Shown: positions 36,219-47,066 of the stretch, one piece after another | How the letters are laid out: every line of letters starts with the position of its first letter | Position numbering within the stretch: the stretch's first letter is position 1 | IMG/VR virus record: IMGVR_UViG_3300031669_000014 | Location: 16,565-80,564 of that record | Strand: one strand, 5' to 3' | DNA length: 64,000 nucleotides | Source of the DNA: a virus | The notes under the pieces: generated by a model | The model's database searches: none | What the model was told of the DNA's origin: nothing | What the model saw: only the letters and a program-made list of their open reading frames with translations | Made by a program: the position numbers and the translations under genes

Positions 36219-39200
36219 GAGGCTTTTACCTTTTTCATTAGATATTCTTGGAGCAATTCGTGAACTTTCACCCCTCCGTTGGTTGTGGACTGTGTTATGC
36301 GGTAGCCAAGGGTACGTATTTTCCTTACTCCAACGGAACGCGGTTTTAGTTTATATGTTTTAACCTCTGAGTTAGCCGATCCTGTTACGCTTATAGTCAG
36401 CGGCGTTCCTATCTCTACGTTATCTACGATGCAGTAGACACTCAATGTCACGGCAGAGGCAGCAGGGACAATGGCAAGGTAAAGATTCCTTACCTTTTTT
36501 TCAGCCGCAGAGCTGCCGAAATTAAAATGTTTCGTTTTCCATTCAAAACCAATCGCGCTTCCTGCGTCACTGGTTCCGTCGTCTGCCTGTGACAACTGTC
36601 CCTCATTGGCGTGGCCATATAGAAGTATTTCCTGCCCTGCCTCGGTAAACTTCGCATAGCAAGAAGCATGGTCGGAAAAACTTTCTAATAAAAGGCACTT
36701 GCGAATAGTATCGTAAATAATCCGCTTATTGTTGTAGATACTTGCCCCATTGGGAACATCAAACCTCAGTTTGTGGTCAAAATATGCTGCCGCTATTAGG
36801 CTTAATCTTCGCTTATTTAAACCGTCCCAGGTGTCTTTTAAACGTTCGGTAATAAGTGTCACTTGTGATAAATTAGAAAGGTAATACCCTTCCGTAAAGG
36901 CAAATCCAAACATATCCCCGGCCCTTGTCAATGAACGGGGAGCAATACACCCGGTCCCTGAGTGAAGCCGCCTCACTTCAAAGTCTGAAGGACCACTGCC
37001 AACCAATGCCCAAACACTTCTTTGTTTGGTTATAATCAAATAATCGTCAAATGATAATAAACCGGTTATCCAGTCGCCGTCGTTGGGGCTAATATCAATA
37101 AAACTCAACGCCCCCCATGTTTCGATAGCTAGAACGTCAGACCATTGCAGCCTTGAAGGGTTGGCCGTTGTGTGGGCCATAAAGGCATAGTTCTTATGTG
37201 TCGCCGCATACTGCCCGTGGGGGGGCGTACCTCCTAACGTGGCGGTGGCCCCTGTCCCTGTCCACTTCTGGGGCGCATCCAGTTTGTTGGTAATAATCAG
37301 CGTCGATGAAAGAGTCGTAAAATAAAATTGGCTTCCGGCAGTAAACCCGGTGGCCAATTCCACAGCAGCCGGCTCGTCATCATAGGATAGAGTTGAACTC
37401 TGCGCGCTCGGACTATCTGATCCGCTTACCGTTCCTGCTATAGCCATTTGTATATAACTGTGATAAGTTGAATTTATTGTTCCGTCGCCGGCTATTGCCG
37501 TCCAAGCATCCCAGGTTGCCTGATCCGTGCTTGTGCGGGTCCTAAAAGCTGTGGTAGAGCTTCCCGGAGTTGTAGTGGCGTAAGTCACCGCGCCGCTGGT
37601 CGTAACAGTTGCCCCGGAAATATCCTTATTTGCGCTTATCCAAACAAAACCACTTGTAGCCGTTGCTGTTGTCGCGTCGTTGAACTGTGCTAAAAGTAAC
37701 GTCGCAGGTGTGGAAGTAGGTGCGCTGGCAGTAGTTAAAAACGTTTGCGACCAAGCATCATTAATAGTCGTACCGTTGGCTAGCTCAGCCCTTAAATCAA
37801 CCAACTTCAGCGCATCAATAACACCGTTACCCTCGTAGCCAGCAGAAGTATAGCATCCGGTATAAACCCTTGTCGGCGCTGTCGGTAAGTTAACGTCAGA
37901 ATTGCTCACATGGACAACCGTTCCTGAGCCAATCTTATACCATAGGTGCATACCAGCCGCCAAGTCGCCATATGCAGAGACTAGATTAGCAGCGGCAAAA
38001 ACTATTACGTCACCAGCCGAATAAGTTAACGCCACAGATGCCAGCTGAACAATGGTTCCGCCATAGACCTTTTGAAGATATAACTTGTCGTCGGTTGGAT
38101 TAAAATAGACTGAATAAAAATTTGCTCCATCATTACTTAAAGTTAATAAACCCACATTATTTGTTCTGTTTATCGTGCTGGCTTGATCCGGTATCCAAAA
38201 CCCCGATATAAACCACTCGCTCGGCAATGCCGCTGCAAGGGTATAATAAAGGCTGTCGGCGTTTCTGGATACACTAGTAGTGGTTGTCACTATTGGCGAT
38301 ACGGGGTATGCCTTATTAATCAAATCAACCTGCCAGAAGATAGCCGATCCGGTTGCGGCAGCATTTCTAACCCCCCAGGTGGACCCATCGGCAGGGGCAA
38401 GGTACATTCTTGCGTTAGTGTTCCCGGTTGAATTATTGGTTACTGTAACTGCAAATCTATAATATCCGCTTATTAAGACTGCTGGATGTATAATAACTGA
38501 ACCAACCGAAGTAACAGAAACAGCATCCCCGGTGGCTGTGTTGATCTGAATATAGCACTTTTGGGCTGTACCTCCGGATAATTCAAGCCCAAGAAAAGGG
38601 AATCTAGTAGCGTCTGTATCTTTTTTGATATAAACAGAAGCCGTCCATGATGTACTATCGTTTGATATTGTTAACGCTTGAGAAATATATTCCGCGACGG
38701 CAGCATCGTCATCGGTTAATGTATCTGCCGTTGTTGCACCGTCTGGTGCAACAGTTGTATTTGGAGTTACGACGGGGGTCCCGCCAAGTGGCCAAGCTGC
38801 ATTATCTAATTGCTGGCTGTATAAAATAATATTGGTAGCTGCTTCATCCATATGGACACCGTTATTAAATTTTCCGGTTTCGTAGGACGGAGTAGCATCA
38901 GCAACGCTAACACCATTCTTTTTCCATTTAGTGCCTGTGCGGGCAAAAGTAGCAACCGGAGCCGCCAAGACCTTAATATCCCCCGCCGTGGTCGTTGTGT
39001 CGCAGTTACAGCGGTGGGCGGTTGCTTCCTGCCAATCGGCCTGGTCGGTCCAACTATAGATCAGGTGCGGCGTATCTTTATAAAGCTTTGTTCCTGCACC
39101 AAAAACAAGCCGGGAGGTAGTAGTATCAGGGTAAAAGTCAGTTATGCCATTACAGGCGTTGGAGGCGTCAAATGCAGAACCGAACCGTTCTGTTCGGCCC

Positions 39201-39391
39201 TCGCAGGTTTTTACAGTCCCTTTTTCATCCAGGGATGCATTGGTAAGGCTTGCCGCTTCGTTATCGTTTAAAAGCGTAGGATATACCACACCATCAACCA
39301 TACCGCCCGATTGGTCAACCAGCCTGCCTAGTTGATAGCCACCCGATCCCTGAATAATGGGTTTATTTTTCGCCACCCGCCTCACCCCCAA
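36215..39391 (-). CDS. Tail hub/nozzle protein with inserted carbohydrate-binding-like domains
   Basis: SRLQWSD..W..IDI..DGD.ITGL and WKTKHFNFG propeller-like motifs; central NIILYSQQLDNAAW...APDG region. Confidence 0.65.
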   Translation of the reverse strand: MGVRRVAKNKPIIQGSGGYQLGRLVDQSGGMVDGVVYPTLLNDNEAASLTNASLDEKGTVKTCEGRTERFGSAFDASNACNGITDFYPDTTTSRLVFGAGTKLYKDTPHLIYSWTDQADWQEATAHRCNCDTTTTAGDIKVLAAPVATFARTGTKWKKNGVSVADATPSYETGKFNNGVHMDEAATNIILYSQQLDNAAWPLGGTPVVTPNTTVAPDGATTADTLTDDDAAVAEYISQALTISNDSTSWTASVYIKKDTDATRFPFLGLELSGGTAQKCYIQINTATGDAVSVTSVGSVIIHPAVLISGYYRFAVTVTNNSTGNTNARMYLAPADGSTWGVRNAAATGSAIFWQVDLINKAYPVSPIVTTTTSVSRNADSLYYTLAAALPSEWFISGFWIPDQASTINRTNNVGLLTLSNDGANFYSVYFNPTDDKLYLQKVYGGTIVQLASVALTYSAGDVIVFAAANLVSAYGDLAAGMHLWYKIGSGTVVHVSNSDVNLPTAPTRVYTGCYTSAGYEGNGVIDALKLVDLRAELANGTTINDAWSQTFLTTASAPTSTPATLLLAQFNDATTATATSGFVWISANKDISGATVTTSGAVTYATTTPGSSTTAFRTRTSTDQATWDAWTAIAGDGTINSTYHSYIQMAIAGTVSGSDSPSAQSSTLSYDDEPAAVELATGFTAGSQFYFTTLSSTLIITNKLDAPQKWTGTGATATLGGTPPHGQYAATHKNYAFMAHTTANPSRLQWSDVLAIETWGALSFIDISPNDGDWITGLLSFDDYLIITKQRSVWALVGSGPSDFEVRRLHSGTGCIAPRSLTRAGDMFGFAFTEGYYLSNLSQVTLITERLKDTWDGLNKRRLSLIAAAYFDHKLRFDVPNGASIYNNKRIIYDTIRKCLLLESFSDHASCYAKFTEAGQEILLYGHANEGQLSQADDGTSDAGSAIGFEWKTKHFNFGSSAAEKKVRNLYLAIVPAASAVTLSVYCIVDNVEIGTPLTISVTGSANSEVKTYKLKPRSVGVRKIRTLGYRITQSTTNGGVKVHELLQEYLMKKVKAS

Positions 39392-39659
39392 ACTCAGACA
39401 GTATCAGTCTTACAGCAAGTTCTTTTGTCGTCTCAAACGCCCGCATTTCCATACCCACATCAGAAGAATCACCAACCGCCTCAGAAGTATAGAGCATACA
39501 ACGGGGGGCCCTGGAAAGGGCATACTTCCCTTCTTCGGTGTCAAAGTAGGCTTCCAACTCCTGGCGCATTTTTTCTAAAGTAGAAAACGAGGCTTTTTTG
39601 CCTCGTTCCCACCCGTTCCTCTTTACCATTTTTAAAAGCTCGTCGCGTTTCATTCCCAC
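39363..39659 (-). CDS. Hypothetical protein
   Basis: Overlap-coupled ORF. Confidence 0.5.
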   Translation of the reverse strand: MGMKRDELLKMVKRNGWERGKKASFSTLEKMRQELEAYFDTEEGKYALSRAPRCMLYTSEAVGDSSDVGMEMRAFETTKELAVRLILSEFGGEAGGEK

Positions 39660-40192
39660 GTCATCCTTTTGGTTTGAGATTGCTCCCTTTTGTCGTGGCT
39701 ATGGAGCAGTTTCGCGGCTGCCTTAGCCTTGCCGATACCTTCAAAAACAAGCCGTAGCCCGTCCGCGTTCTGGTCGTTGTCCTGTAGTTTGAATTTCCCA
39801 GCCATGTAAGTAGCCATAGCCCTGTGAAAGACGGTATTTATCACAGGAGTATTGGCAATCGCTGTGACTGATGTTGGAAGTATAGTGGAAGTTATTGTAT
39901 ACGTGTCTGCGTCGGGTATTCTTATTTCGTCGCGATCATAGTTGATCTCGTATTCCCCTGTATATTTGTCGCTATTAGAATCGAGTATCTCTACTATTTG
40001 GAGGTGTCCGCTGGTGCGGGCATACCATGTGTCGGAATCAGCCACAGTGAGGCTCTGCGCTGCCGTATAACGAAACACCTCGACAAGCACCGCTTCTTCC
40101 ATGAAGTCATTCGTCCAGCGTATAGCGTCGGCGTCCTCTATGGTGTCGTCAACGTAAGATTCCGCAAGGGTTTGGATATCTTCAACAGTCAT
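39650..40192 (-). CDS. Putative head-tail adaptor
   Basis: Position; P.I..VFH.AMA.Y motif. Confidence 0.55.
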   Translation of the reverse strand: MTVEDIQTLAESYVDDTIEDADAIRWTNDFMEEAVLVEVFRYTAAQSLTVADSDTWYARTSGHLQIVEILDSNSDKYTGEYEINYDRDEIRIPDADTYTITSTILPTSVTAIANTPVINTVFHRAMATYMAGKFKLQDNDQNADGLRLVFEGIGKAKAAAKLLHSHDKREQSQTKRMTWE

Positions 40193-40223
40193 AAAAAATA
40201 CCCCCTTTCATGGGAGTTAAAAA

Positions 40224-40997
40224 TCAAGGAAGTGCTACCCCTCGGGGAGCAAGTTCGGCTTTGAGAGCGTTGAAAATCTGCGTTATTTCAGGCAGCGCAA
40301 GGGCTACTTTGTAAGCCGCGAGAAAGGCGATCGGTTCGGTGGAGTTGAAGTAACTGTCCACCGTGGCGTTGTAACGGAGTGTCCCGATAGTCGCCCTATC
40401 AACTGTGATAGCACCGAGAGCCACAGCTGCGGGTGAGGCAAGCAGAGTGATATTCCGGTAAAGATAAATATTGTTTCCGTTCCTTACTCCCGTATACATG
40501 GCGTATGCGTCTGAATAGGCCGTTGCAGATGCGGCGGATACTATATTTGCGGCATCGTCTCGCACCACGAAACGAGGTTTGTTTGCATCGGTAAAGTCCA
40601 ATTGTCCGGCAATCGGAGTTGCGTTTGAATTTGATCGTTCTCCGAAAATCGTCCGGTAGACTGCCCCCGCCGTATTATTCACAACCGCCACAATTGAATA
40701 AGTCGTTATGCCGGATGCAATTAGCGGCGATAAAAGCAGGGGCGTTACTACGTAGTCGTCCGCGCCGAATATCAACCCCCGGTTTGTCCATGTCGGGTCA
40801 TTCGTGTCCACACCATCCGAACTGCCGAGTGTACCGTGGTTCCCGTAAGGCGACCAATCGACAAGCCTCTGCCCCTGGCCCTCGTTGAATTTGTACCAGG
40901 CGACAAGGCCAGCGCGGACAATGTCTCCCCTATCTTCGCCAACCCTGATAAGTCCAGGCAGTTCGAGTTTCGGTTGGGTAGGCGTAATTAATTGCAT
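40224..40997 (-). CDS. LamG/concanavalin-like virion protein
   Basis: GLVAWYKFNEG.G...D.S..GNHGTL. Confidence 0.75.
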   Translation of the reverse strand: MQLITPTQPKLELPGLIRVGEDRGDIVRAGLVAWYKFNEGQGQRLVDWSPYGNHGTLGSSDGVDTNDPTWTNRGLIFGADDYVVTPLLLSPLIASGITTYSIVAVVNNTAGAVYRTIFGERSNSNATPIAGQLDFTDANKPRFVVRDDAANIVSAASATAYSDAYAMYTGVRNGNNIYLYRNITLLASPAAVALGAITVDRATIGTLRYNATVDSYFNSTEPIAFLAAYKVALALPEITQIFNALKAELAPRGVALP

Positions 40998-41006
40998 AGT
41001 CTACAC

Positions 41007-41852
41007 CTACCTTCCTGTTATCGGGTCTACCCAGATACTCACCGCGGCGCCCTGGCCAACAACGGAACTGATGAGGATAACAAGTCCGGGCGTACCGTCA
41101 ACGTACATTTCAAACTCCTGGTAAAAACTCTGACCAATGCCAGCAACTAGCAAAACAGGCGTAATGGTTCCCTGGTGCCAAATGGTAGTATCAGTTTTAT
41201 TCTGCATGAACGGAATTAAGTTTAGTGACGGTGCAGCGCGAAGGTCGGTCAAAGCTACTTTAACGAGGACACGGACTTTCATAACTCCTGTACAGTTTAC
41301 AGCGGTAGGGGTTGCAGGGGTATAGGCGTTATTCTGCGCGAATACGGCGTTTGTGGATGCTATACCAGTACCAACTACCTGTACGTTGACCACGCCGGCA
41401 CTCCCACCAGCCCCCACCGTACCAACGGCAGTTACGGCACACCCTGCGGCGCGTTGAGCCTCGGTAACTCTTGCTACCCAAAGGGGCGCGGTCGGCGCGG
41501 TTGAGAGACAAATATCGTAATAGGTGGCCCCTGCACATTGAGGTATTGTTATGTCAATAGACTTATTTACGGTCGGCGTGACCGTGACTAATGCACTCAT
41601 GCCGACAGTCCCATAAATATTCCCAGGTGCAACGCCAATGCCGTGAGATACGGCAGTAAGGGAACCTGCGGTGGCGGAGTCTGCTGCCGTAATGGTGATT
41701 ACAGCCAACTTGTCAGTTGCGGTAATGGCCGAACGGTGGAGCGTTCCTGTTGCTCTACTACCCGTTAGTTCTACATTATGGGCCGTTCCCCCGGCGTTGG
41801 TTAATCTGTTTAACAAATCTTGCGCACTATATTGTTTTCCTGTGGCTGGCAA
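41007..41852 (-). CDS. Virion structural protein
   Basis: Ala/Thr/Val-rich; position. Confidence 0.55.
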   Translation of the reverse strand: MPATGKQYSAQDLLNRLTNAGGTAHNVELTGSRATGTLHRSAITATDKLAVITITAADSATAGSLTAVSHGIGVAPGNIYGTVGMSALVTVTPTVNKSIDITIPQCAGATYYDICLSTAPTAPLWVARVTEAQRAAGCAVTAVGTVGAGGSAGVVNVQVVGTGIASTNAVFAQNNAYTPATPTAVNCTGVMKVRVLVKVALTDLRAAPSLNLIPFMQNKTDTTIWHQGTITPVLLVAGIGQSFYQEFEMYVDGTPGLVILISSVVGQGAAVSIWVDPITGR

Positions 41853-41857
41853 TTAAA

Positions 41858-42277
41858 TCACCTCTTTTTTTGAGGCGTCCCCCCGATAACAGGAGGTTTT
41901 ACCTCTACCTCTTTCTTAAACTGCGGGAATTCTTCCTCCTGCGGTAAGACTTGGGCGATTTTCTTCGCCTCAATTTCCCTCAAATCAACCAATTGGATTT
42001 CTTCTTCCTTAATTGGTTCAATTCTCAATCTAGGGACTTTCTTGTCCCTGTCCTCCGGTTTAAACGCCGCGTAACGCATAGCAACACGTTTGTTCTCGGC
42101 GGCTGCCTCCAACTCATCCTCTCCGTTAATAACCTTCGGATCGCCAATAAAATGATAGGCGACATAGTCCGGTACTTTGGCGGCCTGACCAGGCGGGATG
42201 CGAATTTCTTTACCAGCGCATTTATCCACAAATTCTTTTTTCATCTCGTTAACAAGATAGACGTACAATAAAATCAC
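41858..42277 (-). CDS. Hypothetical protein
   Basis: ORF with GAGGTGA RBS. Confidence 0.6.
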   Translation of the reverse strand: MILLYVYLVNEMKKEFVDKCAGKEIRIPPGQAAKVPDYVAYHFIGDPKVINGEDELEAAAENKRVAMRYAAFKPEDRDKKVPRLRIEPIKEEEIQLVDLREIEAKKIAQVLPQEEEFPQFKKEVEVKPPVIGGTPQKKR

Positions 42278-42318
42278 CTCTTTTAAAAAATTAGGGGAGG
42301 GATAAACCCTCCCTTAGA

Positions 42319-42837
42319 TTAGACGAACTGCATAGTGACCGTAATCGTTCCCAGGGCGTACGATGTAGCCGCGCCGGATTGAACCTTTAAGCAAAGCGCA
42401 TCCCCTGCCGCCAGGGTCCCGGCTGCGGTTGTTACTGCCGTTATACTGACAGGCGTATTCGCTGTACTTGTCAGGTCAAAGCCGGTTGTAAACAAATCGT
42501 CACCGGCCCCGGGAGCCTCAGCACTTGTTAATTTTTCAACGGTTAATACTCCAGCCTGGCCAGCCACGGTTACGTGTCTTTCGTATGCGCTGACTATTTT
42601 ACAGGCAGCGGGCGCAATGAAAAATGTCTTGGCAACGTCAGCGGCAGCAACCTGGGGATATGTTACTTGGAACTTTTGACCGACCACGTATTTGCCTTCC
42701 GTTAGTCCGTCTGCTGCTGCATTTAATTCTGCGGCAGTAGACGTAACTGCGGTTCCATTTAGTTTAAGGTCTTTGCAGTCCACCGTCATGTTTTTAAGAT
42801 CGGGAAGAAAACGACTGAGTAATTTTGTAAGAGCCAT
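42319..42837 (-). CDS. Putative head fiber/decoration protein
   Basis: LNGTAVTSTAAELN motif; followed by a hairpin. Confidence 0.55.
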   Translation of the reverse strand: MALTKLLSRFLPDLKNMTVDCKDLKLNGTAVTSTAAELNAAADGLTEGKYVVGQKFQVTYPQVAAADVAKTFFIAPAACKIVSAYERHVTVAGQAGVLTVEKLTSAEAPGAGDDLFTTGFDLTSTANTPVSITAVTTAAGTLAAGDALCLKVQSGAATSYALGTITVTMQFV

Positions 42838-42889
42838 CTATAAACCCCCTTTCAAGGAAATAGGGAGGGGTAATCCCTCCCCACTGCAA

Positions 42890-43384
42890 TTAGAAATCAC
42901 AAGTTAAAATAGTCGCCACTGTGTCGGCAGCATCCACGTCAGCAGCATACGCCCACCCAATAGGATTATATAAGGGGGCCGTCCCTGCGGCGGTGCGGTC
43001 AACCACGCCGTCTGTGGTAGCATGAAGAATCAACGCGTCGGTAACAGCAATATCGTCACCCGCATCGGTTGCTACGGCGGCATGATACCCTTTAATCTGA
43101 ATCCAGCCGTAGTAACTTGCGGTGATTACCCCGATGCCCACGCCAGCCGGAAGGTTAACGTTTGTGTCTGTTCTATCGCTTGAAGCTACCGTGCGGGTAT
43201 AATCGGTATACGCGAGTGCCGTCCCGTTTGCTACGGTGGTGTCCGAGGCTGCCTGGACATATTTGTAATATCTCCACCCGTAGGTCGCGCTGTATTCGGC
43301 GCGTACTATACCGAGCTGGTCCTTTGCAGAGGAATCATTGGCGGTTAATTCAGTTTTAAAAATAGTATGGTACATTAATTTCAA
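42890..43384 (-). CDS. Putative capsid cement/decoration protein
   Basis: Directly after the major capsid gene; YKYV and YGWIQ..G motifs. Confidence 0.6.
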   Translation of the reverse strand: MKLMYHTIFKTELTANDSSAKDQLGIVRAEYSATYGWRYYKYVQAASDTTVANGTALAYTDYTRTVASSDRTDTNVNLPAGVGIGVITASYYGWIQIKGYHAAVATDAGDDIAVTDALILHATTDGVVDRTAAGTAPLYNPIGWAYAADVDAADTVATILTCDF

Positions 43385-43411
43385 CTCCTTTCAATAATTA
43401 GCACTACCTAG

Positions 43412-44353
43412 CTAGGTAGTAATACTTACGAGCCTGCCCTGATAGCGGCAGTTGGTACAAAGAAGGTTGGCCTTGTAGATAAATTGCCCCACGCCTACGT
43501 CCTGATTTGTGGGCTCTTTCCATCCGGACCACTTCGCCTCATTGTACCCGTCCATCGGATACAGTTTCAGGTAGTTGCTGTTCAGGAAGTACATTTGCCC
43601 GGTAGTACACTGAGCGTCAACCACCACAGGAGTACCATTGAAGTTGATCATGGTAAAACCATAGTCAACGCTCATCTTCTCCGAAGTAGATCGCTGAATG
43701 GGTGTAATCAACTCCCACAGGTCATCCCAGATATCCTGCGTGGTCACGATAAGGCCAGGGCGCTCCTCGCCGTCAGTCAGGTCGCCATACATGCTCTGCA
43801 TGACTGCCAGGCTGATGTAGTCTGAAACTGCGGTGTACTTCGCCTTCCACCATGTCGCGTCAGTAAGACGCTCGATATTGGCGTATGTTGCTATGTTGGT
43901 GCCGTCATCCACAACCGCCTTTAAGCCGGTCAGCTGCTTATTGCTGGTACCGGTGCCGTCTGAGAAAATACCTGCCGTAAGCTGGTAAGACAGGGTTTTC
44001 CGAGCATTATTCAGTTTGTATTCCACCAGATCAACCACGGAGTTCTTGCCTTTGTTCTGATCCTTGTCGTCGCCGGTCATAACCACCGAAACATAGATAT
44101 CCTTCCAACCAACCTCTGCCTTGGTAGCAGTCTGGATATCATTGGTCAGGAAGGTATCCGCGCCGGAAAACCAACCGGTATTCGTGTTGCGGGCGTATTC
44201 TACCGGAGCCTGTAACTTGGTGCCACTCTTGCCGGTTTTTTGGTTTTTCTTAAACCACTTCAATACCGGTGTAGCGTTGAAAATGTTGTCTGTAACCTTT
44301 TTGATTACGTCCTCTCTAGTAAGAGAGTTTAGAGTATCGTAGGTAAGAGCCAT
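43412..44353 (-). CDS. Major capsid protein
   Basis: DNIFNATP, SDGTG..KQLTGL, GF..INFNG.PVV.D and MYFLN. Confidence 0.88.
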   Translation of the reverse strand: MALTYDTLNSLTREDVIKKVTDNIFNATPVLKWFKKNQKTGKSGTKLQAPVEYARNTNTGWFSGADTFLTNDIQTATKAEVGWKDIYVSVVMTGDDKDQNKGKNSVVDLVEYKLNNARKTLSYQLTAGIFSDGTGTSNKQLTGLKAVVDDGTNIATYANIERLTDATWWKAKYTAVSDYISLAVMQSMYGDLTDGEERPGLIVTTQDIWDDLWELITPIQRSTSEKMSVDYGFTMINFNGTPVVVDAQCTTGQMYFLNSNYLKLYPMDGYNEAKWSGWKEPTNQDVGVGQFIYKANLLCTNCRYQGRLVSITT

Positions 44354-44404
44354 TTAAATTCATCTCCTTTCAAAATTAAACGGACCTAAGTTAAAGAGCC
44401 GTCT

Positions 44405-45133
44405 TTACCACTCGATTTCTCCCGCCGCAGCGGTTAAAGCATCCCGCAACGAGGTATTTTTAGAAATACCCGGCGTTACTTTCGTAGCCGACCCCGGCAC
44501 GGTCTTGCCTTTCGCTTTCAAGGCGAGATTCTTTTTGTAATCCTCCTGCGCCCTCTTAGCAGCCGTTTCGCGGATAGTATCCCTGGTCACCATCTTGTAG
44601 GCGTCCTCAAGAAACCATCCCTTTTCGGTAGCGAAGTCCTCAATTTCTTCAATATCCTGCTTGGTCGGCTTTTTGCCAAAATCCTTTTCCCACATGGCCG
44701 TAACCTTTTCCAGATCACGATCATATTTTATTTGGCTGCGCTCTTGAAGAAGTTGATCGACGCGCGGGTCGTGCTGTGGAGCGTTACCCTGCTCCACCGG
44801 TGCGCCTTTAACCAGCTCGGCCATTACATGCCTAACCAGATCGCGGGGCTGAACCCCGTAGCGCTGACTGATCGATTTAAAGTCGTCGATTGTGCGCCGG
44901 TCAAAGCCCACATCTTCAAGCTTGGACATTTCCTTTGCCCATTGCTTGTTAAAAATGCGGCCTGATTCGGACTTGAACTTGTTGTCAAAATCCTCCTGCG
45001 TGTAAACCTTTTCCGGTAGTGTTTCAACCAGATCGGCACCACCGTCTACCGTGGGATCGACTTGTGTTTCATTCCCCGGCACTTCAAGGCTGTCGTCACC
45101 TGTGGGGAGCATTAATTCTTCGTTGTCCGGCAT
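44405..45133 (-). CDS. Scaffolding protein
   Basis: Acidic N-terminus, KVYTQEDF; between portal and capsid genes. Confidence 0.7.
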   Translation of the reverse strand: MPDNEELMLPTGDDSLEVPGNETQVDPTVDGGADLVETLPEKVYTQEDFDNKFKSESGRIFNKQWAKEMSKLEDVGFDRRTIDDFKSISQRYGVQPRDLVRHVMAELVKGAPVEQGNAPQHDPRVDQLLQERSQIKYDRDLEKVTAMWEKDFGKKPTKQDIEEIEDFATEKGWFLEDAYKMVTRDTIRETAAKRAQEDYKKNLALKAKGKTVPGSATKVTPGISKNTSLRDALTAAAGEIEW

Positions 45134-45272
45134 AAAAACCTCCCGTGCTTAAAGTCCCGTCGGACTATAGATTCTCCCAGCCTTTGGCTGTCGTCATCCG
45201 CAATTACGGCATCAAAAAAGCGCCTTTCGACGCGGTGCAAGCTACTTTCTTCCGCCTTTTCCCTTCTTATCT

Positions 45273-47051
45273 TTACATCCCAACCGGCCCACCTCCCCCG
45301 GGAGGTACGCCTCCACTGGCGCCCATTTGCGCCTGCATTTGCATTTGTGCCTGCTGTAACATTTTTTGCTCTATCCTGGCTTTAATCAGCGGATAGTTGC
45401 GGATATCGAACCGCCTCGCTACTTCCTCGTCGTCAATAATACCCTTGTCGAACAAAAGCAAGGCATCTTGCCGGTCACGGTTGCGGGTTACTGTGGCCGC
45501 GGTCCCTACCTCGAGGACAACATCAAGGGGTATTTCCTCGGTCATCTGTCCCATTTCGTCGGTTCGGTAGAGGTCTTGATTGGTAAAATCCATAAACCCA
45601 AAAGAATTATTGCCTCTATTAATCATTTCAACACCGAGAAGTTGAGGCACATCCCCGGTAATCCGTATCTTCCTCGGATCGGTGTAATACTGCCTGATCC
45701 GGCTTAATAACTTCTCACCTAATAGAATCAACGCATTATTCACGTTCCGGGCTTTCTTGCGGATACGCGACAAAGCAAACTCCTGTAGCCGCTCAAACGC
45801 TACTCCGGATTCCCCGGAACCAGGGGATCGCCCTTGCAACACTTCCCGAATACCGGAAATAATCTCTAAATCAGATTTGCAGGCAAAAAGCCACTCAAAA
45901 ACAGCGGAAGGAAAGTTCGGCGGAGGTGTTATGTTAACTTCCCCACCCTTACTCTTCTTGATAAGCGCCCCTTCCAGGTTATCTAGGCTGGCCTCGTCAA
46001 TATTTGCCTCATCGTCATAAACAATATGCGTGTGCGCCGTCATCCTGATGTAGTCATTCAACCGGCTGACGATCTTGTTAATATCTGTATTGATCTCGGT
46101 GATATGCTCCACATCACCCATGGGCCAAAAGGAATCAGACTGTTCATAATTAGGAATGATAATGTATGGAGGATCACCATCCTCGAAGGGGTTATTGTCG
46201 TCCTCTTCATTCAACCACACGTCCCCAGCCACGACAATCTTCCTGCCGTTAGGGTATTTTAGCCTGGTAACAGTTACCGCCTCACCAGTTTCCTCATTGG
46301 TTTCCTCTTCAGTGAAAGACGCCTCGTCCCTTACCCAGACCTCATCCAGCCATGCCCTGTAATGCTTAGCATCACTAGGCGCCGCGCTGTCAACTTCCTT
46401 ATTGTATTCACTGGAAAGCGTTGTGCCGTCTTCTTCCAGGGAAATACTCTCGTTCGGTTTGACAAACTTGCCCTTTTCCGGGTAGTCTCTAACAATCTTC
46501 CATAGCGGCGTAGGGGTATGCTGTATTACCACCTTGGCAGTTTCCAGACTTGTAGCGTCCGGGTCTACGAGGAGGTGATCCGGGTGTACCACGTCCACTA
46601 CTATTTCACCATCAGGGTAGTTAATCAGCGGGTCATAGTAAACCTTGAGAATACCAACGCCGGAAATAAGGTGATCCCTCAATGCCATCGGTAGCTTTTG
46701 ATCCATTCTGGACCGTTCCCACACAAAGGAAAGCACCCTCTTGGCTTTCTCCGCAGCCACTAGATCGTCCGGCCCCGCCCTCGGCCAGCAGTCAAGCGAA
46801 GGCTGGTTATCCGTCAACAGGGCAAGCCCATCTTCAACAGAGGAGAATATATAGTTCCTCTGCGAGTTTGCTTTTTTCTTTTGCTTCTTCTGGTGAGGAG
46901 TATAAAATTCGCCCCGGTAAACCTTATAACACTTATCGGTTATTTCTTTCCTCTTGGCCTTGGCCCTCTGGGCGTTCTTCACCCATGCCTTGACCATTGC
47001 CACAACTTTTTCTGCTTCTTCCGATGGGACATACTCCAAATCTTCAGCCAT
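45273..47051 (-). CDS. Portal protein (P22-like)
   Basis: 592 aa after terL; VDPDA, KYPNGR and ISGI..V..G motifs. Confidence 0.88.
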   Translation of the reverse strand: MAEDLEYVPSEEAEKVVAMVKAWVKNAQRAKAKRKEITDKCYKVYRGEFYTPHQKKQKKKANSQRNYIFSSVEDGLALLTDNQPSLDCWPRAGPDDLVAAEKAKRVLSFVWERSRMDQKLPMALRDHLISGVGILKVYYDPLINYPDGEIVVDVVHPDHLLVDPDATSLETAKVVIQHTPTPLWKIVRDYPEKGKFVKPNESISLEEDGTTLSSEYNKEVDSAAPSDAKHYRAWLDEVWVRDEASFTEEETNEETGEAVTVTRLKYPNGRKIVVAGDVWLNEEDDNNPFEDGDPPYIIIPNYEQSDSFWPMGDVEHITEINTDINKIVSRLNDYIRMTAHTHIVYDDEANIDEASLDNLEGALIKKSKGGEVNITPPPNFPSAVFEWLFACKSDLEIISGIREVLQGRSPGSGESGVAFERLQEFALSRIRKKARNVNNALILLGEKLLSRIRQYYTDPRKIRITGDVPQLLGVEMINRGNNSFGFMDFTNQDLYRTDEMGQMTEEIPLDVVLEVGTAATVTRNRDRQDALLLFDKGIIDDEEVARRFDIRNYPLIKARIEQKMLQQAQMQMQAQMGASGGVPPGGGGPVGM

Positions 47052-47066
47052 TTAATCACCCACCTT

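Noticed and set aside
42290-42890. GGGGAGG/CCTCCCC hairpins as a mobile repeat family
   Set aside because: Adequately explained as terminators or stability hairpins after highly expressed head genes
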